The notes: generated from the letters alone by a model not told the origin. A stretch of DNA of 38,371 bases from Candidatus Magasanikiibacteriota bacterium (GCA_031973355.1 DALYDF010000002.1:8253-46623), one strand, 5' to 3'. Counted from the stretch's first letter, positions 8,445 through 15,239 are shown. A program made the numbers and translations.

Positions 8445-9590
8445 ATGAACTTTTCTACCAAAGCCATTCACGAAGGTCAAAAACCTGATCCAACTACCGG
8501 CGCAATTATTCCGCCACTGTATTTAACTTCTACTTATGTGCAAGAAGCGCCGGGAGTATACAAAGGCTATGATTATACTCGGGCTGGTAACCCGAATTTT
8601 ACTAACCTAGAAGAAACTTTGGCTGCTTTGGAAAATGGGAAATACGCGACAGTTTTTTCTTCTGGTTTAGGAGCAACTACTGCGCTTGGTTCAATTTTAA
8701 AAAGTGCTGATTTGGTCATTGCCGGCAATGATTTGTATGGTGGTACTTACCGGTTATTTACCACTATTTTTAATAACTATGGTATTAAATTTAAATTAAT
8801 TAATTTGAGTGATGAAACAGAATTAACTGAAGCGCTCGCAGAAAAACCTCGAATGTTATTGGTGGAAACCCCAACCAATCCACTCTTAAAAATCACCGAC
8901 TTAAAAAAAGTTTTAGGTGCAGCCAAATCTGCAGGTGTGTTTACAATAGTGGATAATACTTTTGCGACGCCGTATTTTCAAAAACCATTAGAACTTGGTG
9001 CAGACGCAATTTTGCACAGCACCACCAAATACATTGGTGGACACTCCGATATTATTGGTGGCGCACTGATTTCTAATTCTGAAGAATTTAAAACGCAGAT
9101 GGATTTTGCCCGCAAAGCGATGGGTTTAAACCCGAGTCCGTTTGATGCCTGGCTCGCTTCGCGTGGTTTAAAAACTTTGGCGGTGCGCATGGAAAAACAT
9201 CAAACCAATGCGTTTGCGATCGCGCGTTTTTTGGAATCACACGCGCTGGTGAAAAAAGTGTATTATCCAGGTTTAGAATCACACGAAGGACATGAGATTG
9301 CTGCGGCGCAAATGTCTGGTTTTGGTGGGGTGGTTTCCGTTGAATTTAATTTAAGTTTAGAACAAATGAAACAATTAATTTCTTCATTTAAAGTTTTTTC
9401 TTTGGCCGAAAGTTTGGGTGGAGTTGAGTCGCTGGTTGACCATCCGGCCAGCATGACACATGCGTCTATTCCCGTAGAAGAAAGAATTAAAATTGGTCTG
9501 AGTGATGGTTTGGTGCGTATTTCAGTTGGAATAGAAGATGAGGAAGATTTATTAGAAGATTTAAAAAATGAACTGGCAAAATTTGCGTAA
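8445..9590 (+). CDS. Cys/Met-metabolism PLP-dependent enzyme (cystathionine gamma-lyase / gamma-synthase / beta-lyase family)
   Basis: 381 aa. The family signature around the PLP lysine is HSTTKYIGGHSD, and the C-terminus has LAESLGGVESL..HPASMTH. The exact reaction specificity cannot be assigned from sequence alone. Confidence 0.9.
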   Translation: MNFSTKAIHEGQKPDPTTGAIIPPLYLTSTYVQEAPGVYKGYDYTRAGNPNFTNLEETLAALENGKYATVFSSGLGATTALGSILKSADLVIAGNDLYGGTYRLFTTIFNNYGIKFKLINLSDETELTEALAEKPRMLLVETPTNPLLKITDLKKVLGAAKSAGVFTIVDNTFATPYFQKPLELGADAILHSTTKYIGGHSDIIGGALISNSEEFKTQMDFARKAMGLNPSPFDAWLASRGLKTLAVRMEKHQTNAFAIARFLESHALVKKVYYPGLESHEGHEIAAAQMSGFGGVVSVEFNLSLEQMKQLISSFKVFSLAESLGGVESLVDHPASMTHASIPVEERIKIGLSDGLVRISVGIEDEEDLLEDLKNELAKFA

Positions 9591-9597
9591 CAAAAAA

Positions 9598-9653
9598 CCC
9601 AGAGAAGCAACAGAATTCTTATGGAAAAATTCTCGTGCTTGTCTCTGGGTTTT
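9598..9653 (+). terminator. Long hairpin terminator after the PLP enzyme gene
   Basis: CCCAGAGA (9598-9605) pairs with TCTCTGGG (9642-9649). An inner AGAATT/AATTCT stem is present, and TTTT follows. Confidence 0.6.
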
Positions 9654-9741
9654 AGAGACTCAATGGTGGGTCTCGGCAGGCGGTCGGAGCAGTAGTGCTC
9701 AACGACCTGCCTGCCTGTGCGGTGGGGGGCGGCGGAGGGAA

Positions 9742-10089
9742 TTACTCGTCTTGGCGTTCGTGCTCGCTGGGCTGGGTGCCCTTCACGAACATGGCGCCGA
9801 TGCCGCAGATGACCGCTATGCCTAAGCATCCTCCGATCAGCCAGAAGAACTCATTCTCCTTGGGTTTGACCAGTATGATGGTCAAGATGGGGATGGCCGA
9901 CCCCCAAGCCCCGAAGCCAAAAATTAAATACCCAGTCAACGATTCAGGCAGACTCCTCCTAGTCAGTCTGTAGTAAAGGTTGCCGGCGAGGCGCGCGCCG
10001 ACAACGATGATGAGGAGGGTGGTGAACCCCAACATGGCGTACATCCCGAGGGTGAAAAGAGCGTCGTTGGTGGCGGTCTCGGTATTCAT
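9742..10089 (-). CDS. GC-rich module 1: small 3-TM membrane protein, 115 aa, no recognised family
   Basis: The start was set at ATG 10089 (MNTETATNDALF...) because AGGAGA lies 5 nt upstream. Three hydrophobic helices are predicted. Codons are G/C-ending, unlike neighbouring genes. Confidence 0.65.
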   Translation of the reverse strand: MNTETATNDALFTLGMYAMLGFTTLLIIVVGARLAGNLYYRLTRRSLPESLTGYLIFGFGAWGSAIPILTIILVKPKENEFFWLIGGCLGIAVICGIGAMFVKGTQPSEHERQDE

Positions 10090-10194
10090 GGTTCTCTCCT
10101 GGTGGTTCTTGGTTGTGTGATTGGGAACTGGATGTTTCCAGCGCCTCTGTGTGGGCAAAATTGGCTTTGTGCACACAGAGACGGAAAACAGCAA

Positions 10195-10223
10195 ATAATA
10201 GCATATTACTTGAAAAAAGTCAA
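10195..10223 (-). promoter_or_regulatory. Sigma70-like promoter of GC-rich module 1
   Basis: On the minus strand: TTGACT (10223-10218), a 17-nt spacer, TATTAT (10200-10195). The ~100-nt 5' UTR contains a perfect 9-bp stem, CTCTGTGTG/CACACAGAG. Confidence 0.55.
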
Positions 10224-10243
10224 TACTTGTCATGGTGTGAAGA

Positions 10244-10274
10244 ATAAAAAAACCGCTTAATTGAGCGGTTTTTA
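10244..10274 (-). terminator. Terminator of the riboswitch-controlled operon
   Basis: AACCGCT (10251-10257) pairs with AGCGGTT (10264-10270). Flanking A and T runs make it usable in both directions. Confidence 0.75.
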
Positions 10275-10299
10275 CTGTTTTGATTGGTTTAACTATTGG

Positions 10300-10845
10300 T
10301 TAGGTTTGTTTGGCTAAGCCTGGCTGTTTTAACAGGTATGAAACGGTCTGGTAAGACCCAACCAAAATTCCGGTATAGAACAAATCACCAAGTAGGCTAT
10401 TGCGAAAGAATGGTAGGGCCATGGTGTAGCTTTGGATTAAACCGGTAAAATCAGGGGAATACATAGTGCCAAAGGCCCAGACTGCGGCATTGGTAGTGAG
10501 GAAAAAGAAAATTGAACCAGCCAAAGTTAAACCAACCGTTGGTGCAAATTTTGGTTGAATTTTGGTGGCCACAAAAGTGGTCAGTAGGAAACTGACATAT
10601 ACGGTCAGCATTACTTCCCACATATAAAAACCAATAAACAAATCGCTAACAAAAAGTGCCACCAGTGGTAACCAAAGTGCTAATTTGCGGGGCAAAAATA
10701 ACCCACTAAAAATTGCAATCGCGCCAAGTGGTACAAAATTGGCGGGGTGAGGGAGAAGGCGAGTGGCCGCTCCAAGGGCAATTAAAGTAATTCCTAAAAT
10801 GAGTTCAGCGGTTGTGATTTTTTTCATATTAATTTTTTGGTTCAT
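10300..10845 (-). CDS. Small 5-6-TM membrane protein, candidate vitamin (cobalamin) uptake component
   Basis: 181 aa and very hydrophobic, with an HPANFVPLGAIAIFSG motif. It is the last gene of the B12-riboswitch operon and overlaps the upstream gene by 17 nt. The function is inferred from context only. Confidence 0.7.
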   Translation of the reverse strand: MNQKINMKKITTAELILGITLIALGAATRLLPHPANFVPLGAIAIFSGLFLPRKLALWLPLVALFVSDLFIGFYMWEVMLTVYVSFLLTTFVATKIQPKFAPTVGLTLAGSIFFFLTTNAAVWAFGTMYSPDFTGLIQSYTMALPFFRNSLLGDLFYTGILVGSYQTVSYLLKQPGLAKQT

Positions 10846-11197
10846 AGCGCCAGCTAATAATCGTTTTAGTATCAGGCACGGTGATGGTATTGATATTTAC
10901 TTCTTTAATTAATTCATTGCCAATGTACAAATTCCATTGTTTGCTGGCCGTACTGACCACGCCTTGTAATTTGGTAATTGTTTCGCGCGATCCTTGAATT
11001 TGTTTTTCATATGGAATCGCTAAATTGTTCATTGCCTCGGCCAGATTTTGACCGGTTGGTTCAAGAGTGTAGGAAACAATGGTTTCGGGGGATTTTTTGA
11101 TCTCAAGTACCGTTGTTTTACTGCCTGTTTTAAAGGCAGTCTGACCACAGCCAGACAAAATAATGGTGAGTAATAGAGTAATTAAACGGTATTTCAT
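10829..11197 (-). CDS. Lipoprotein with a DUF4430-like (transcobalamin beta-domain-like) fold
   Basis: Lipobox LSGC in MKYRLITLLLTIILSGCGQ. The C-terminal signature is WNLYIGNELIKEV..TIISWRYE. Confidence 0.75.
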   Translation of the reverse strand: MKYRLITLLLTIILSGCGQTAFKTGSKTTVLEIKKSPETIVSYTLEPTGQNLAEAMNNLAIPYEKQIQGSRETITKLQGVVSTASKQWNLYIGNELIKEVNINTITVPDTKTIISWRYEPKN

Positions 11198-11226
11198 ACC
11201 CCATTAGTATAGCGATTTTTTAGGGT

Positions 11227-14184
11227 TTAGACCAGGCCTTGAATGAGGCGATAGGCCAGGTAGGTACCAGCCGTGCCAGCCACTGCCAGGGCAGAGCGCA
11301 GGAGGGCTTTATTTTCGTTTTCAGGAGTGTTTGGTGGTAAAACGCTTAATTGGGAGTCTGCAATTACTGCTGGGGCCGTAACGGCTGGTGTAGGTTCAAC
11401 CGTGGTTGGTGCAAAAGCAGTATTTTGAACTGGAGTTGATGAATCACTAATTGGGAGTGATTCAGAAATAGCAATTGATTCATCAGGGGTGCTATCAATT
11501 ATTGGTGCAAGGTCATTAATTTCTGGATTAATTTCAACTAATGGGGGAGTACTTGTGGGAATAAGTACGGTTGGAGTGCTGGTGACACTTGGGGTACTGG
11601 TGGTCACTGGAATAGTAGTGGTGGACACGATTGTATCAACACCAGGAATAATAATTGGATTTACCGTTGTTGGTTTAGAAACTGAAGTCATAATTGAACT
11701 CCAGGTTTTATTTTGTGCCGCCGGAATTGCATAACTGGTTGACCAAATACGATTGTCAGCGCTAGCGGTACTTGGTTGCACGCCACCATCACTTTGTTGC
11801 TGTGTTGCTAAATATGAAAGTGGGCTGGTATTGGCACCATTCCAAATGCTGACTGATTCGCCTAGCGCAGACAATGCTTGTATGCCCCAACTGGTGGAAA
11901 AATCATTATCGCCAATTCGACCATCAGTTTTAGTGCTTAATTTTAAATACTGTTTTGCTTTTTCTAGCGCTTCGTTTACTCCAGCAATTGATTTTACTGG
12001 TGACAGAGCCTGAATTGCCGCGGCCGTCATATCGGGGCTTTCCCAGCTACCATTACTATTTTGACGAGAAAGAATAAAGGCAACACTTTTTTGGATTTCT
12101 GCGTCACTAGTACTATAACCAGATTTTAATAGGGGAAAGAGGGCAAAAATATCATCATTAACTAACCCTGCATCACCAAATTGGGTGCCATCATAAGTAC
12201 TCAAAATTTTGGCAATATAATTAGTATTAGTGTCAGAATACGGATTAATTCCTAACGCGAGTAGAGCCATAGCCCGGCGTTCATAATCTGTAGGCATACT
12301 GCCTGGACTGGGATCAGTTTTTAAATAGGCAATCAAATTAGTTTTTGTTTCAGAGCTGCCGAGTGAACCAAGAGCGATCGCGGCCCAATCAGAATATAAT
12401 GTGGCAGAACCAATCGCGCCACTGGTTTTTTGTTGGCTGTATACATACTGTGCCGCAGATTCTACATTGAAAGTGGAGACAGAATTATTTTGGGGAGTAG
12501 TATTATTTCCACCGCCACCAGTAGATTCAGTGTTGGTTGAATTGGAACTGATAGACGCTGCTGCGCCTGGAATTATGGTAATTATGTCACTAGAAACATA
12601 TCCGGTTTTGGTGACAAAAACTGTGGTGGTTGCTGTGGGTACAAATGTATAGGTGCCTGTACTTATGTCTATAGTAGTATCATTGAGATGTAGGGTGGTA
12701 CTGGGTAAAGAAACCCACTCAGCTGGCCAAGCCGCAAAATTTAATTCTGAAATACTGATTGTAGTGCTGGCACCAACACTTGGTGTGGTGCTGCTCACCT
12801 CTAATTTAATTGGGTTAATTCCATAAGTTAATAAGAGGTTTTCATTGGAGCTTAAAACATGTCTGTTAATTCCAGTTTCGCCTAATTGTAAATTACTGTA
12901 CCAGCTCCAAAATTTACCATTACTAAAATCTGTTCTATATTCATTTATTTCATTTAAAAATGCATCATCGCCAAACCAATCGACACCATATGAACCGTTA
13001 TTGTGAAGAGCATATTCTCCCACCGCACATAAGGCATTTACCGTGTAAACCGGCTTATCTGAACTTGTTTCTGAATAAACTGGGCAAACTCCCACCTCAA
13101 TAGTGTTATTAAATAACTCTCCATTCATTGTTTGAATACTTAGGCGAATAGGAGTGATGGGCGAAACTGCTTGAAAATTAATTTCGGGGCTCGCTATAAA
13201 ACCAGTTTTTTTAGCAATTATGGAAATTGGGTGTGGGTGAAAATTATAATATTCGTAACTACCATTGGTTGTTGTGTATATATTTCCATTGATTTCTACG
13301 GAACTGTCCAGTGCGGGAAGCCAAACCGGACTCCACGTTTCATCAAAACCAAACTGATATACACTAATCGTGCTGGTTGTACCAAAGGCCGGACTCGGGT
13401 TATCAATGGTTACTTTGAGTGGTGATGTTCCAAAAACTACATAGAGTTTTTCATACTCAGTAAGTAGGTGTTGGTTTAAACCAGTTTGTCCTAGTTCAGT
13501 GCCATTGAACCAGAACCAATATGTGCCACTAGTGTCGCTATAGCTATTGATTGCGTTTAAAAAAATGTCATTACCGTAAGTAGAAGACATTAATGTCCAA
13601 CCTTTGGTTGCGGCAATTTGGGTAATTGCACACCACGCATTTAAAGTATAGGTTCCACTACCGGGAATTGATTCGCAGGCAGTTACTGTGATGGGCTCAG
13701 AAATCAAAGTGTCATCAGATGTGGCGACCGTTAAAGTAATTGACAGGGTAGATAAATTTAGTGGTGTCTCGACAATAGTCTGTTGACCAACCTCATTAGC
13801 TAAAATATCAGGAATTGGTTCTAAATTTTCTTGTAAAGTTATATTTTCTGTCTGAGTTTGGGTTTCTTCAGTTATGGTTTCAGTCTCCAATATTGCTGGT
13901 TCTGGTGTTACCAACAATGTTTCAGTAGTTGAAATTTCTGGCTCAGTAATTTCAGTGAGGGGATTTTCGACAATTATATTTTCTTCAGTCGGAGTTTCAA
14001 CTACAGGAACTTCTGGTGCTAGGATTTCCGGTGTTGGAACTTCTGGGGCCGGAGCTTCCGGTGCAATTTCTACTGGTGCTGGTTCAATTGGCTCGTCAGT
14101 GGCCAAAACAAAATGCGGAACAAAAATAGTTGTCAGTAAAACCAAAGTGATTGAAATTGAGAAAAATTTATTCGGCGCGTTCAT
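11227..14184 (-). CDS. 985-aa cell-surface protein: signal/anchor, acidic P/E/T repeats, two DUF4430-like modules, an alpha/alpha-toroid (prenyltransferase/terpene-cyclase-like) repeat domain, a T/S/P-rich stalk and a C-terminal TM anchor
   Basis: N-terminus FSISITLVLLTTIFV. DUF4430-like cores are YWFWFNGTELGQTGLNQHLL..LYVVFG and KFWSWYSNLQLGETGINRHVL..LLLTYG. Toroid-like repeats include SDWAAIALGSLG, ERRAMALLALG, ILSRQNSNGSWE, TAAAIQAL, TSWGIQALSALG and QQQSDGGV. The C-terminus is ALAVAGTAGTYLAYRLIQGLV. Confidence 0.85.
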   Translation of the reverse strand: MNAPNKFFSISITLVLLTTIFVPHFVLATDEPIEPAPVEIAPEAPAPEVPTPEILAPEVPVVETPTEENIIVENPLTEITEPEISTTETLLVTPEPAILETETITEETQTQTENITLQENLEPIPDILANEVGQQTIVETPLNLSTLSITLTVATSDDTLISEPITVTACESIPGSGTYTLNAWCAITQIAATKGWTLMSSTYGNDIFLNAINSYSDTSGTYWFWFNGTELGQTGLNQHLLTEYEKLYVVFGTSPLKVTIDNPSPAFGTTSTISVYQFGFDETWSPVWLPALDSSVEINGNIYTTTNGSYEYYNFHPHPISIIAKKTGFIASPEINFQAVSPITPIRLSIQTMNGELFNNTIEVGVCPVYSETSSDKPVYTVNALCAVGEYALHNNGSYGVDWFGDDAFLNEINEYRTDFSNGKFWSWYSNLQLGETGINRHVLSSNENLLLTYGINPIKLEVSSTTPSVGASTTISISELNFAAWPAEWVSLPSTTLHLNDTTIDISTGTYTFVPTATTTVFVTKTGYVSSDIITIIPGAAASISSNSTNTESTGGGGNNTTPQNNSVSTFNVESAAQYVYSQQKTSGAIGSATLYSDWAAIALGSLGSSETKTNLIAYLKTDPSPGSMPTDYERRAMALLALGINPYSDTNTNYIAKILSTYDGTQFGDAGLVNDDIFALFPLLKSGYSTSDAEIQKSVAFILSRQNSNGSWESPDMTAAAIQALSPVKSIAGVNEALEKAKQYLKLSTKTDGRIGDNDFSTSWGIQALSALGESVSIWNGANTSPLSYLATQQQSDGGVQPSTASADNRIWSTSYAIPAAQNKTWSSIMTSVSKPTTVNPIIIPGVDTIVSTTTIPVTTSTPSVTSTPTVLIPTSTPPLVEINPEINDLAPIIDSTPDESIAISESLPISDSSTPVQNTAFAPTTVEPTPAVTAPAVIADSQLSVLPPNTPENENKALLRSALAVAGTAGTYLAYRLIQGLV

Positions 14185-14809
14185 ATTTCCACGTAATTAT
14201 GTCATTTTGTTTAAGGATGTAATTTGAAATTCCGATTTGCGCTTTGGCGCCATTAATATAGTAAATCCAGTATTTAGCGCGAAAGGTATCGCTTTTAACC
14301 CCATCAATGCCATCAACAAAATAACCAAGTCCACTATAATCTTTAAAATCCACTTTTATTTTTCCAACTTCATTAAAACTTTGCATTACGTCATATACAC
14401 TGCTTGAACTAATCAAAGCAATTGGATAACTTTTGCCATTAATGACCATGCTGGCGCGGAGAAAGTCTGTCTCAACGGGCGTGCCAATATCGTGCTGATT
14501 TTCTGTTTGATTATTTAGACTACTCGCACTTTCAACTTTTTTTGGTTCAGTTGAAGTTGGTTTAATTATTTCTGGAATCCGCAACTCGCCATTTGGATTT
14601 GGTTTTTTATTATCTGGATTAGCGGTAGGGTCAGATTTTGTTGACTCAGAATTATTTTCTATTTGAGTGACTGGATCAGACAGTTTTTTTTGACTTTGCA
14701 TTTCCCAAACAGCGTATCCGACTAAACCAAGACTGAGGACTAATAAGATTGTGGCTAGGTAGTGTTTTTTGAGGATTGCTATAATCTTCATAAAATAAAA
14801 AACTTTCAC
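14168..14809 (-). CDS. Membrane-anchored DUF4430-like protein (first gene of the riboswitch operon)
   Basis: TM anchor HYLATILLVLSLGLVGYAV. The C-terminal signature is KYWIYYINGAKAQIGISNYILKQNDIITWKYE. The start is uncertain: GTG 14809 or ATG 14791. Confidence 0.8.
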   Translation of the reverse strand: MKVFYFMKIIAILKKHYLATILLVLSLGLVGYAVWEMQSQKKLSDPVTQIENNSESTKSDPTANPDNKKPNPNGELRIPEIIKPTSTEPKKVESASSLNNQTENQHDIGTPVETDFLRASMVINGKSYPIALISSSSVYDVMQSFNEVGKIKVDFKDYSGLGYFVDGIDGVKSDTFRAKYWIYYINGAKAQIGISNYILKQNDIITWKYERAE

Positions 14810-14950
14810 CGAGAGGGAAAGTAAGAGGTCATTACGTTGACCTTTTCCTGCTCGGGTTACATTTTTGATGAAGATCGGACTTACCAGACGAAAAGCGTCA
14901 GGATTACCGTTGCGGCACAGTGGAGGATTTACACCTCACTTCCAGCATCA
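14810..14950 (-). promoter_or_regulatory. Cobalamin riboswitch (aptamer about 14867-14950) plus expression-platform hairpin (about 14812-14858)
   Basis: The minus-strand RNA reads GAUGCUGGAAGUGAGGUGUAAAUCCUCCACUGUGCCGCAACGGUAAUCCUGACGCUUUUCGUCUGGUAAGUCCGAUCUUCAUC. It matches the conserved core GGAA..GGUG.AAAUCC..CUG.GCCGCAACGGUAA and a B12-box-like AAGUCCGA. P1 pairs GAUG..GAAG with CUUCAUC. Downstream is the hairpin CCGAGCAGGAAAAGGUCA/UGACCUCUUACUUUCCCUCUCGG just before the start codon. Confidence 0.8.
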
Positions 14951-14971
14951 AAAAGATTAAATTGTATGGCT

Positions 14972-15000
14972 ACTGTATGCTTTTTTAAATGCGCTGTCAA
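14972..15000 (-). promoter_or_regulatory. Sigma70-like promoter of the riboswitch operon
   Basis: On the minus strand: TTGACA (15000-14995), a 17-nt spacer, TACAGT (14977-14972). Confidence 0.55.
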
Positions 15001-15039
15001 ACTTGGGTTATACACATAGTGTGTATAAAATGTATAAAC

Positions 15040-15067
15040 AAAAAAGACCGGTTTAAGGTCTTTTTTG
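15040..15067. terminator. Bidirectional hairpin terminator
   Basis: AAGACC (15044-15049) pairs with GGTCTT (15057-15062). It is flanked by an A-run and a T-run. Confidence 0.7.
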
Positions 15068-15109
15068 TTTATGAGGTATAGACGATCTATACGATCACGA
15101 TTACCAACT
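15041..15109 (-). ncRNA. Candidate ~70-nt small RNA with a 12-nt complement to the anticodon arm of the adjacent tRNA-like gene
   Basis: It is bounded by the promoter at 15116-15143 and the terminator at 15040-15067. The predicted RNA is AAAUUUAGUUGGUAAUCGUGAUCGUAUAGAUCGUCUAUACCUCAUAAACAAAAAAGACC..GGUCUUUUUU. It contains a GUAUAGA/UCUAUAC hairpin. No expression evidence is available. Confidence 0.3.
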
Positions 15110-15115
15110 AAATTT

Positions 15116-15143
15116 ATTATAACACGAATTACATACTTGTCAA
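15116..15143 (-). promoter_or_regulatory. Consensus sigma70 promoter immediately downstream of the tRNA-like gene
   Basis: On the minus strand: TTGACA (15143-15138), a 16-nt spacer, TATAAT (15121-15116). Confidence 0.6.
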
Positions 15144-15163
15144 GATATTAATTGTATTATAAA

Positions 15164-15239
15164 TGGTGGAGCGTGGGGGAGTTGAACCCCACAATTGACG
15201 TTGGTAATCGTCATCTTAGAACCGTCTAAGACTCGCCCC
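15164..15239 (-). tRNA. tRNA-like gene, 76 nt with encoded CCA, a G3:U70 pair and an 8-nt anticodon loop; identity unresolved and possibly a pseudo-tRNA
   Basis: Minus-strand fold: GGGGCGA GU CUUA GACGGUUC UAAG A UGACG AUUACCAA CGUCA AUUG UGGGG UUCAACU CCCCC ACGCUCC A CCA. The D arm and T loop are canonical. A7:A66 and U49:C65 are mismatches. The anticodon stem is 5 bp and closes an 8-nt loop. Confidence 0.6.

Noticed and set aside
9568-10204. Other ORFs within the GC-rich modules (9263..9829 tail, 9568..9825, 9695..9973, 9959..10204, 15355..15600, 15431..15724, 17003..17281, 17037..17243, 36366..36770)
   Set aside because: High-GC DNA lacks stop codons in several frames. Only one frame per module has an ATG with a properly spaced SD and a sensible protein (TM helices or balanced composition). 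The antisense acidic ORF 17003..17281 cannot be fully excluded.
9654-10240. Dismissing the GC-rich modules as contig chimeras or contamination
   Set aside because: This is not adopted as the primary explanation. Each module is short, sits precisely in an intergenic gap, and is joined to AT-rich host-like promoter sequence with intact flanking genes on both sides. It remains the main alternative and needs read-level verification.
14810-14866. Calling the riboswitch expression-platform hairpin a canonical intrinsic terminator
   Set aside because: The T-run starts 6 nt after the stem (..CTCGG TGAAAG TTTTTT), so the mechanism (transcriptional versus translational) is left open.
14837-15019. ORF-track CDS 14837..15019 (+), 60 aa
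   Set aside because: It lies antisense across the cobalamin riboswitch and its promoter, has no start context, and the region is better explained as regulatory RNA.
15090-15112. T-box riboswitch, because GTTGGTAATCGTG resembles the T-box GGUGGUACCGCG motif
   Set aside because: There is no stem I or specifier domain. The transcript is only ~70 nt, and no aminoacyl-tRNA synthetase or amino-acid gene follows; the next element is the riboswitch-operon promoter.
15164-15239. tmRNA interpretation of the G3:U70 tRNA-like sequence
   Set aside because: The 76 nt fold into a complete cloverleaf including D and anticodon arms. There is no tag-peptide ORF or pseudoknot region between the two acceptor halves.
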